Below, piece after piece: positions 45,232-54,100 of a DNA stretch of 64,000 nucleotides. The stretch is from the IMG/VR virus record IMGVR_UViG_3300017917_002434, positions 124,001 to 188,000 of that record. One strand, given 5' to 3'. How positions within the stretch are numbered: the stretch's first letter is position 1; every line of letters begins with the position of its first letter. The position numbers were made by a program, and so were the translations under genes. A model generated the notes under the pieces. That model saw nothing but the letters and a program-made list of their open reading frames with translations, did not search any database and was not told the DNA's origin.

Positions 45232-46323
45232 ATGCTAGACATCGTTAAGCAATTATTTGAAAACAATGTGATTTCCGAAGAAATCAAATCGGAAATTGAA
45301 TCCGCTTGGTCAAGCAAAATTCAAGAAACCCGTGATCAAATGACAGCAGAACTTCGTGAAGAGTTCGCACAAAAATACGAACACGATAAAACTGCGATGG
45401 TAGAAGCAGTAGACAAGATGGTCGGTGATCGTCTCCAGGCTGAGCTTGCTGAGCTTGCTGAAGATCGCAATCAACTTATCGAAGCTAAAACCAAATATGC
45501 TAAAAAGATGAAAGACGATTCCGAGAAAATGAAGGAATTCGTTCTACGTCAATTGGCCGCAGAACTTAAAGAACTACACGAAGATCGTAAATCTGTATCT
45601 GAGAATGTTTCTAAACTAGAGAGTTTCATCGTAAATGCTCTAGCTAAAGAAATCGCCGAGTTCCACACAGACAAGAAAGACCTTGTTGATACCAAGGTTA
45701 AGCTCGTCCGTGAGAGCAAAGAGAAATTCGATGCTGTAAAAGCAGAGTTTATCTCTAAAGCTTCTAAGTTAGTCGAAAACGTTGTTATCACTAAGCTAAC
45801 AGCAGAAATGACACAACTTAAGGAAGATATCGAGGCTGCTCGTAAAAACGACTTTGGTCGCAGAATTTTTGAAAGCTTCGCTAGCGAATACGCTTCTAGC
45901 TATCTCAATGAGAAAAGCGAAACTGCTAAACTATTAAGAGTAGTTCAGCAGAAGGAAGCACAACTTGAAGAAGCCTCTAAAGCTATTCAAGAAAAAGAAC
46001 AAATCTTAGAATCTAAGGATCGTGAAATCCGCGTCGTACAAGACATGGCTAAGCGTGAAAAGATCATGAGCGAATTGTTAAATCCGTTAACTGGAGATAA
46101 GAAAACAGTTATGAGTCAACTTCTTGAGTCTGTACAGACTGAAAAGTTGAATACGGCATTTGACAAATATCTCCCAGCCGTTATGGCCGGCGAGGCTCCT
46201 AAAAAGAAGGCACTAACAGAAGGCAAGGAAGTGACAGGCAATAAAGAGGCTACTCAAATCAGCGGTCAGGACAATACTGCTGATATTATACATATCCGCA
46301 AGCTCGCGGGACTTAAAGTTTAA
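45232..46323 (+). CDS. gp22: Prohead core scaffold protein
   Basis: Coiled-coil, E/K-rich protein between protease and capsid gene, with GRRIFESFASEY and C-terminal IRKLAGLKV. Confidence 0.8.
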   Translation: MLDIVKQLFENNVISEEIKSEIESAWSSKIQETRDQMTAELREEFAQKYEHDKTAMVEAVDKMVGDRLQAELAELAEDRNQLIEAKTKYAKKMKDDSEKMKEFVLRQLAAELKELHEDRKSVSENVSKLESFIVNALAKEIAEFHTDKKDLVDTKVKLVRESKEKFDAVKAEFISKASKLVENVVITKLTAEMTQLKEDIEAARKNDFGRRIFESFASEYASSYLNEKSETAKLLRVVQQKEAQLEEASKAIQEKEQILESKDREIRVVQDMAKREKIMSELLNPLTGDKKTVMSQLLESVQTEKLNTAFDKYLPAVMAGEAPKKKALTEGKEVTGNKEATQISGQDNTADIIHIRKLAGLKV

Positions 46324-46334
46324 GGAGAACTAAT

Positions 46335-47519
46335 ATGTCAGAACTACTCGAGTCACGCTGGCAGGAAACCAAAGAGGCACTTCTAGAAGGCCTACAAGGA
46401 ACTCGTCGTTCAGTAATGGCCACTACTCTTGAAAATACCCGCAAGTATTTGTCGGAGAGTGCCACTGCTGGTGCTACTTCTGCCGGTAACGTTGCAACCC
46501 TAAATCGTGTGATCCTACCTGTGATCAGACGTGTTATGCCAACAGTCATTGCTAATGAACTAGTTGGTGTACAACCAATGACAGGCCCAGTTGGTCAAAT
46601 CCATACTCTACGTGTTCGTTACAGCGACGCAGTAGGTACAGATGTTACAGCTGGTGATGAGGCTCTAAGCCCATTCAAGATTGCTACTGCTTATTCTAGC
46701 AATCCTTCTGGTACATCACTAGACGGAGTAGCTGCTTCAACAGCAGCGATGGAAGGCGTAGCTGGTCGTAAGATGAGCATCCAAATCCTCAAGCAAACAG
46801 TTGAAGCTAAGACACGTAAATTGTCTGCTCGCTGGACATTTGAGGCTGCTCAAGATGCACAAGCCCAACAAGGCATTGACATCGAAGCAGAAATCATGGC
46901 TGCTTTAGCACAAGAAATCACAGCTGAAATCGACCAAGAGGTTCTAAGCTCACTACGTACCCTAGCTGGTACAGCAGTTGAGACTTATAATCAAGCTGCT
47001 GTATCAGGTACAGCTACATTCGTTGGTGACGAGCATGCCGCATTGGCAGTTCAAATCAACCGTGTTGCTAACTTGATCGCTCAGCGTACACGTCGTGGTG
47101 CTGGTAACTACGCAGTTGTTAGCCCATTCGCACTTACAATTCTTCAATCTGCTACAACTTCTGCGTTCGCAAGAACAACAGAAGGTACTTTTGAAGCTCC
47201 AACAAACACCAAGTTCGTTGGTACATTGAACAGTGCTATGAAAGTGTATGTTGATGCCTACGCAACTGACAGCACAGACGTGCTTATCGGTTACAAAGGT
47301 TCTAGCGAATCTGACGCACCAGCATTCTACTGCCCATACATTCCATTGATGAGCAGCGGTGTTGTGTTAGATCCAGCAACTTTCGAACCAGTCGTAAGCT
47401 TCATGACACGTTATGGTTATGTTGAGTTGACAAATACAGCTTCTTCTCTAGGTAACGCAGCTGACTACCTAGGTAAAGTTGATATTTCTACCAACTACGC
47501 TAACGTTAAGTTTAGCTAA
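46335..47519 (+). CDS. gp23: Major capsid protein
   Basis: VILPVIRRVMPTVIANELVGVQPMTGPVGQIHTLRVRY, VEAKTRKLSARWTFEAAQD, FYCPYIPL and FMTRYG are gp23 motifs. Confidence 0.96.
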   Translation: MSELLESRWQETKEALLEGLQGTRRSVMATTLENTRKYLSESATAGATSAGNVATLNRVILPVIRRVMPTVIANELVGVQPMTGPVGQIHTLRVRYSDAVGTDVTAGDEALSPFKIATAYSSNPSGTSLDGVAASTAAMEGVAGRKMSIQILKQTVEAKTRKLSARWTFEAAQDAQAQQGIDIEAEIMAALAQEITAEIDQEVLSSLRTLAGTAVETYNQAAVSGTATFVGDEHAALAVQINRVANLIAQRTRRGAGNYAVVSPFALTILQSATTSAFARTTEGTFEAPTNTKFVGTLNSAMKVYVDAYATDSTDVLIGYKGSSESDAPAFYCPYIPLMSSGVVLDPATFEPVVSFMTRYGYVELTNTASSLGNAADYLGKVDISTNYANVKFS

Positions 47520-47545
47520 TCTAGCAAAAACATTTTTAATGTTTC

Positions 47546-47569
47546 AAAAAGGCTCTTCGGAGCCTTTTT
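47546..47569 (+). terminator. Rho-independent terminator after the capsid gene
   Basis: AAAAAGGCTC-TTCG-GAGCCTTTTT: GC stem, C(UUCG)G tetraloop and U tract. The flanking A and T tracts could make it bidirectional. Confidence 0.9.
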
Positions 47570-47588
47570 GTTTGGCTTAAATATCGGT

Positions 47589-47858
47589 ATGCGTGTTGAA
47601 TCAGAAAATGACTTTCCAGAACTCAGGCGACAGATATCTGTATGGCGTCGAAAGTTTTCAATGTTCACCCACGACGTAAATCATATAGAGCATACTATAG
47701 AAAATCATATACAAAATTTTTCAGTTGCTGGTGTACACTACAGACAAACGAAAAGTAAAAAATATCTAGAAATCGCACAGAAAGAACTAGACGAAATCAA
47801 CAGAATAGTAGCCATAGCTGAAAAGATGGAACTGATGTCCTTACTCAGCCGCGGATAA
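47589..47858 (+). CDS. Hypothetical protein (89 aa; start corrected to ATG 47589)
   Basis: TAAATA at 47578-47583 precedes this ATG. The ORF-track TTG at 47568 falls in the terminator U tract. Confidence 0.55.
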   Translation: MRVESENDFPELRRQISVWRRKFSMFTHDVNHIEHTIENHIQNFSVAGVHYRQTKSKKYLEIAQKELDEINRIVAIAEKMELMSLLSRG

Positions 47859-47861
47859 ATA
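47856..47861 (+). promoter_or_regulatory. Late promoter TAAATA
   Basis: GATAAATAAAG overlaps the upstream stop and opens an 82-nt leader. Confidence 0.6.
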
Positions 47862-47866
47862 AAGTA

Positions 47867-47920
47867 TCTAGAGCGTACTCACAGAGTAACTTATGCGGTA
47901 ACCCACCGCGTAGACCTAGA
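47867..47920 (+). promoter_or_regulatory. Structured 5' leader (three-way junction candidate)
   Basis: P1 TCTAG/CTAGA encloses TACTC-aca-GAGTA and TATGCGGT-aaccc-ACCGCGTA. Confidence 0.5.
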
Positions 47921-47943
47921 ACGTCAAATTAAGGAGAAAACAA

Positions 47944-48351
47944 ATGGGACGTCCATTAAGAAAAGATGTACTTGGTACTGACGCTATCGGTACTCCAGCG
48001 ACAAGCAGCACAGGTGTTAGAGTTGAAGCCTACGCAGGAGGAACAGCATACACTGATGCTACTTACAATGCTTCAACAAATTACGCATACATTTACAAAC
48101 AACGCGGTGCTAAAACTTTTGTTCTAAAAAATCAAGCTGGAACAATTCTAGGACCATGCGTACTTCAATCTGCCATTCCAGACGGAAACGGAGAAATGAG
48201 ATTGAACGGTTATGTTGGCGGAAACGCTTCTGCTCCAACACCCATTGCTAAAATCACAAAGCGTGTAGCTACTGATTTTAATAACAATCGTTATACTTGG
48301 GTTCTAGTCAACGACTCTACCAGCGATTACATTCAACTAACCGCTATCTAA
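47944..48351 (+). CDS. Virion structural protein (135 aa; possible capsid decoration)
   Basis: Late promoter, strong AAGGAG RBS, MGRPL start and beta-rich composition, just downstream of the capsid gene. Confidence 0.55.
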   Translation: MGRPLRKDVLGTDAIGTPATSSTGVRVEAYAGGTAYTDATYNASTNYAYIYKQRGAKTFVLKNQAGTILGPCVLQSAIPDGNGEMRLNGYVGGNASAPTPIAKITKRVATDFNNNRYTWVLVNDSTSDYIQLTAI

Positions 48352-48365
48352 TCTAGGACAGAGTC

Positions 48366-49904
48366 ATGGCACAAGTTTTACAGACTAATTGCGATTATAA
48401 GATAAAAACGCAAGTTGGCGGTCGTATCACTCTAGATACGAACGAAGTATTAGTCACGGGCAACTTACGTGTTGAAGGCGATTATGTTACTGTAAACGTA
48501 ACCAACTTAGATGTAGAAGATAACATCATCACTGTAAACAATGGCGAGACAGGAGACGGTGTTACTGAAGGTTATGCGGGCATTCAAGTAGATAGAGGCT
48601 TTAGCAACGACTCTACTAGAAACGCATTTCCAACATTTTGGTATGATGAATCTGCCGGTACTTGGGAAATCGTAACCACTGCCGGCGGATTAATTTCCTA
48701 TGTAGATAGTAATTTAAAACTAAGAAAACTATTAACTAATCCATTTATCGATAACGGAGATTTAACTGTTATCGGGTCTGGATTAGGTGTTATCTCTGTC
48801 GCAGGCACAACTAATTACGAAAATCAAGTTACACAAGATGACGACATTCCTAACAAAAGATATGTTGATGTAGCTATTCGAAATAGACAACCTGACAACG
48901 AAATTAAAAGAGACGATACCTATGTTGTTGTACAAGACGTAGACGGCGGTGCTAGTGCTATATCACTGATGTCAATTCAGTTAGCACAGGTAACCGTTCC
49001 GGGTGCTAATTATTCGGTCAATGATGAATTATTATTAGTTGGCGGTACTACACGTCGAGATGGAAAAATTAGAGTAGATTCTGTAGACCTTAGCGGTGCT
49101 ATATTGACATTTACAGTTATCGATGGTGGATTATTTTCAGCTATACCCCCTTCAATTTATAACGTTTCAACAACTACTAATGGTCTAGGTTTTGGTGCCA
49201 AGTTTGATGTTATATGGGGAGTTGAGGAAGTTGAAATTATTAATCCTGGTAACGATTACGAAACTGTTACAGTAAACTTTCAACCAGGCACAGACCTTGG
49301 TGCGGGAATACTTACCGCAGCAGCCCTAGCGACAGTTAATTTAGATGTATTTTCAATTGATTATCGAACAGTTACATCGATCACAGTAAATTCACCAGGC
49401 GAATATGATTATGTTCCATTAATAACATTCAGTGCCGGAGCAAATCCGTCATTAACTGAAAGCCAAGTTCGTGTTGTTGTGGATGGAATATTATCTTCGA
49501 CATTCTATGAAGATAGAGTAAAAATACAAGATTTCGAAATAGAAGACAATGAAATAACAAACACCGTTACTAATTCAAACATCAAATTAACAACTTTAGG
49601 AACTGGTAAAGTAGAAGTTAATAGAGGTATCCAGTTTGAAGCACAGGCTACACCTAGTGCTGCTTTAAATTATGTAGCAGGCTCAACAGTGTTATTTGGA
49701 AACCCAAATGATGATGTATTAGTAAGACCAACACCAGGAGGTACTGGTTTATATTTTAATAACCTCAAACAAAGTTTAAGTTGGGATCAATGGGTAATCA
49801 ATAACCCTGTATCACAAAATACTCCTGCGAATCTTTTAACCTATCCGGTTAAAAACGAATTAATAAGTAAACAAAAAGCACTTGTAATGAGTATGCTTTT
49901 TTGA
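48366..49904 (+). CDS. Virion structural / fibre-like protein (512 aa)
   Basis: LDVEDNIITVNNGETGDGVT...AGIQVDRG, PNKRYVD and PGxxY repeats also seen in the other fibre-like genes. Confidence 0.6.
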   Translation: MAQVLQTNCDYKIKTQVGGRITLDTNEVLVTGNLRVEGDYVTVNVTNLDVEDNIITVNNGETGDGVTEGYAGIQVDRGFSNDSTRNAFPTFWYDESAGTWEIVTTAGGLISYVDSNLKLRKLLTNPFIDNGDLTVIGSGLGVISVAGTTNYENQVTQDDDIPNKRYVDVAIRNRQPDNEIKRDDTYVVVQDVDGGASAISLMSIQLAQVTVPGANYSVNDELLLVGGTTRRDGKIRVDSVDLSGAILTFTVIDGGLFSAIPPSIYNVSTTTNGLGFGAKFDVIWGVEEVEIINPGNDYETVTVNFQPGTDLGAGILTAAALATVNLDVFSIDYRTVTSITVNSPGEYDYVPLITFSAGANPSLTESQVRVVVDGILSSTFYEDRVKIQDFEIEDNEITNTVTNSNIKLTTLGTGKVEVNRGIQFEAQATPSAALNYVAGSTVLFGNPNDDVLVRPTPGGTGLYFNNLKQSLSWDQWVINNPVSQNTPANLLTYPVKNELISKQKALVMSMLF

Positions 49905-49913
49905 GGATCAAAA

Positions 49914-50285
49914 ATGATAGAAAATAAATTATTAACAGTCGATATAGAAACAGTTTTTACAGCACCAGGGACGCCAGGAGATTTAAATTCTCAAAGTGCT
50001 GTGACTACAATGATATTCTGTAACGTTGCTGATCCCGATGATTCAACCCTTGCTTTAACTACAGGTGCTGCCGGAGGCGATACTAATATTGATGTTTATC
50101 TCGTAAAAGCAGGTGCCGCTGCCGATCCTTTAGTTAATGCTATAATTAAATCATTGAGAATACCAGCAGGCGAAACTGTATTTTTTGACACAGAAAGAGT
50201 AGTATTAGGAGCAGGAGATAGTATACGTGCCCGTGCTTCAGAAAATAGTAAAATCGTTGTTACTGTGAGTGTACTGCCAGTATGA
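49914..50285 (+). CDS. Small virion protein (123 aa), paralog of 63351-63680
   Basis: Beta-sandwich-like pattern AVTTMIFCN...IIKSLRIPAGETVFF...VVLGAGDSI. Confidence 0.55.
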   Translation: MIENKLLTVDIETVFTAPGTPGDLNSQSAVTTMIFCNVADPDDSTLALTTGAAGGDTNIDVYLVKAGAAADPLVNAIIKSLRIPAGETVFFDTERVVLGAGDSIRARASENSKIVVTVSVLPV

Positions 50286-51130
50286 AATATCTTAAAAGTC
50301 AAAATCTTTCAAAGTATACTCCTAATGATAAAACTTTTATCATTCAGTATCCGACTAATCAAGTTAATATCGAATCTAAAAGCGGTATTAAATTGCCTAC
50401 CGGAGAACAAATATTTAGACCGTATTATCCCACCGAAGGTATGTTACGCTACAATGTTGATCCCAACAGCGGACACGAAATAGCAGATACGGCAGTATAT
50501 TGGGATCCTACGAGACCAGTAGGTTTCGAAATATATTATGAAGGCCAGTGGTATCCTTTAAGAGCACAAGGACCTGCTCGTGTCCGAAAAGAAAATCTAG
50601 GTGTAGGTAATTGGGACGCAGTTACGCAACCTAATGAAGATATCAGTAAATGGTTTCCTATAAGCGGAAATCCTTTGCCGTATGTTCCAGGATTAGAACA
50701 AGGCCACGATCCTTTAGATTATGTTGATAACATGATCGTTATCGTAGAAAACGTATTCCAGGTATCTGGAACAAACTTTACACTAGAAGAATCAGACGGC
50801 ATTGTTGTAGGAGTAGAAGTAGTCACTGGCGGTACAGGGTTGGCTCCTAGTAGCACTACTATACCCGTAACATTTAGTGCTCCTGATATCGCAGGAGTAA
50901 CTGCTACAGGACTAGGAACTACAGACGGAGCCGGAGTAATTACAGAAATTAATATTACTAACCCTGGTAGTGGATACACAGGAGCAACTACTCCTACTGT
51001 TACAGTAACAGGCGAAACTGGTCCTAGCACATACAATGTAAAAATTGCCAAGCCAGGCTGGCACATTAAATTTTTATCAGCTGTACCTGATACAAAACCA
51101 GTAATTGTTTATTTCGGGTACGATCAATAA
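50282..51130 (+). CDS. Virion structural protein (282 aa)
   Basis: IKLPTG...RP...EGMLRYN motif shared with the C-termini of the two giant fibres, plus an ITNPGSGYT module. Confidence 0.6.
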   Translation: MKYLKSQNLSKYTPNDKTFIIQYPTNQVNIESKSGIKLPTGEQIFRPYYPTEGMLRYNVDPNSGHEIADTAVYWDPTRPVGFEIYYEGQWYPLRAQGPARVRKENLGVGNWDAVTQPNEDISKWFPISGNPLPYVPGLEQGHDPLDYVDNMIVIVENVFQVSGTNFTLEESDGIVVGVEVVTGGTGLAPSSTTIPVTFSAPDIAGVTATGLGTTDGAGVITEINITNPGSGYTGATTPTVTVTGETGPSTYNVKIAKPGWHIKFLSAVPDTKPVIVYFGYDQ

Positions 51131-51147
51131 TCACAACATCGCTCCGA

Positions 51148-51153
51148 TAAATA
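51148..51153 (+). promoter_or_regulatory. Late promoter TAAATA
   Basis: GATAAATATC, 18 nt upstream of the TTG at 51172. Confidence 0.6.
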
Positions 51154-51171
51154 TCAAATAAGGGGCGTATT

Positions 51172-54100
51172 TTGGCAGATCTAGGTAGAATTTCCGGTCC
51201 AATGCTTAAGGCCAACCTTGAAAGGTTGGGCGTTGATCTCGTCTTCGAAAATCAGTTCGGAGATAATAATCTTTATCTTGATGTAAATTCTAGAAAGATT
51301 GGTATCAACACCAATGCCATGCCTCGAGAGTTAACTGTAGACGGCACATTAGGTACAATCGGTCTCATCGTCGACAACGACGCACAACTAACTAATCTAT
51401 ATCTTGATGGCGACACTGGAACTATAACTAGCTACACAGGCGATGTTACTATTCAGGCCACTGGCACCCTGTTTGCTGATATCTTAGAAACTCCTAGTTT
51501 AATTTTTAATGATAATTATATCCAAGGTGTTATTAGTAATGAAAACATAGAACTAGTACCGCACGGTACAGGTAAAGTATTGCTAGATGGCAATGCTGTT
51601 ATCTCCGGTAACGTACAAGGCGATTCAAATTTGATTATCAAAGGTGATATAACTTTTGGTAACGATATAAACACCGATACCGTAAACATCACAACAGAAA
51701 TAGCAGGAAATTTAGATCCTAAAATCAATGAAGTTTACAATATAGGTAGACCAGATAAAAAATGGGACGAGCTACACAGTGAACTAGTTAACGGTGAATT
51801 TTTAATCACTGAAGATCTAACAGCAGTAGCTAATGTTAATTCTAATGCTGCGAAACGTCCAGGTAATTCTTATTTTGTCAGTACTTTAGGTGTTGACAGC
51901 GGTATCTGGAATGACGGTACACACCAGCTTGGCGGATTTAGAACTATCAAACATGCGTTAAGTTTTGCCACTGCCGGCGATACTGTGACAATATATCCCG
52001 GAGTCTACCAAGAAACATTTCCTTTAGAAGTACCGGAAGGAGTCACAGTCAACGGTACAAATATTCGAACAGTCATTATTGAACCAGATTCAAGCAGCGA
52101 ATTTAAAGATTGTTTCCTATTAAATGCTGGATCTACCGTCTCTAATCTCACAGTAAGAGATTTCTTTTATAATAGTTCAACTGATGAAGGTTATGGATTT
52201 AGATTCGCTCCGAACTACGATGCTACTGAACGTTCACCATACGTACAAAATATAACAGTTATTACTAAAGAAATTCCTAACACATTATTGCCTGGAGCGA
52301 TATATGTTGATCCGGAAGGTCTTGGTCTTTCATTTGACACATACGGAGTAACCGTAAGTAAGTCTGGTCACAGCGAAGCATTAGTACAAAGCTGGGTTGG
52401 AAAAACGATGGCAACTTATTTCGGTCCATCATTTCCTGTTACATTTTATACTATTACAGGATACGAACCATCAGTCCAAGATCCGACTCAGTTGTGGAAT
52501 CTTATTCTAGCTGAACCGTTTAATCCTTTACAGCAGGGATTTTCTTTCTCAATATATCCAAGCGGGACAACATTTATACTTCCTCCTAATGATTATGATA
52601 TGACAGGAGCTTCGATTGGAGAACCTTGGGTAGCTTATTTCAAAACTAATTTACCACTAGATTTTAATACCGTGGTCGGTCAAGGTTGGTCTATTAATAA
52701 CAATGGAGTTGTTTATGTTATAGATTATGTGATCCAAGATCCTATTAACACTAACATGTGGAGAATATATGTAACAACTTCGTTAGTTCCAGCATCAGGG
52801 ATTCCTATATTTTCATCTCCGTCTGGGTCTGCCGGAGCACCGGCAGGACGAGGTGCTCTAGTCGACGGCAGTAATGCCGTACCTCAGTCTATCACGGCTA
52901 GTATGCTGTTCCATTCTGTGACATTTATAGTTCCTAATTCTGTCGGGTTATACATGACCAACGGTGTTAGGGTAGAGTGGCTGAATTCATTTACGTATTT
53001 TGCTTCTAAAGGTCTGTATGCTACTAACGGTAGTACCGGAAGATTGAGCCCGGACGGGTCTACTATGCTGTATGGAGCTGAACTTCGAAGTATAGGATCG
53101 GCTAACGTCTACGGTTTAGTCGGTGCTGAAGGTGACGGCAGCAGTGTATTGATGTATCTTATCAATCATAACTTTGCCTATATCGGAACAGGTACTAGTT
53201 CAATAAATGATGACACGGCTGTAGTTCAAGCTGACGAAACAGTGACAATTAACGGTGCTAGAATTTATTGGCAAAGCGACGATCATAAAGGAAATTTTCG
53301 AGTAGGCGAAGCATTTTTCGTAAATCAAGAAACAGGATTTGTAACATTTAACGGTATAGGTCAAAGTGTCAGCGGTATAAATGAAATAATTTTTTCAGCA
53401 GGCGACGATATCACGATTCTAAATGCTGAACGTATCGAAACTGGTGATGTTGTATTCCAAGGAAATCTTCTATCGACCGCTACAGGCGATCTAAATATCA
53501 AATCCGCCCTAGCACCGCAGACTTTACAGACAAGTAATATCGCAGGTAACCTAGATGTTACCGGCAATATTAGTATAGATGGAACTATCAATATCGGTAA
53601 TGCCGGTGCTATAGATACTGTAACATTCGCCAGCGAAGTCGACAGTGATATTATTCCTAAATTTCCTAACAGTTCGTCTTTAGGTATTACAGCGTTAGCA
53701 TGGAATTCTATCTGGTTAGGGCAAGCAGACTTCAACGATATTGTTATAAACGATAATAAGATTTACACAACAACGTCAAACAGCAATTTAGAATTATATG
53801 CTGCCGGAACAGGAAAAGTAGTATTCAATGCGTTACAAGTAGAAACAGGTTTTGATGCTGTTAATATTGTAAATCTAGATGACATAAACATCATAGGAAC
53901 ATTTTCGCAGACAGGAAATCAAACTCGTACTGGCAACACAACAATAACAGGCGATTATCAATTATCTAATACTCTAACATTGTCAGTGCCTAGTTTAAGT
54001 TTTGGAGATATTTCTGTAGATAGCAATGTAATATCAACAGTACAATCAAACGCTGATCTACAATTATTAGCCAGCGGTACTGGTAATATCTATGTTCCAA

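Noticed and set aside
47867-47920. Hammerhead or twister ribozyme
   Set aside because: A three-way junction is present, but the CUGAnGA/GAAA/UH core and the twister pseudoknot nucleotides are absent.
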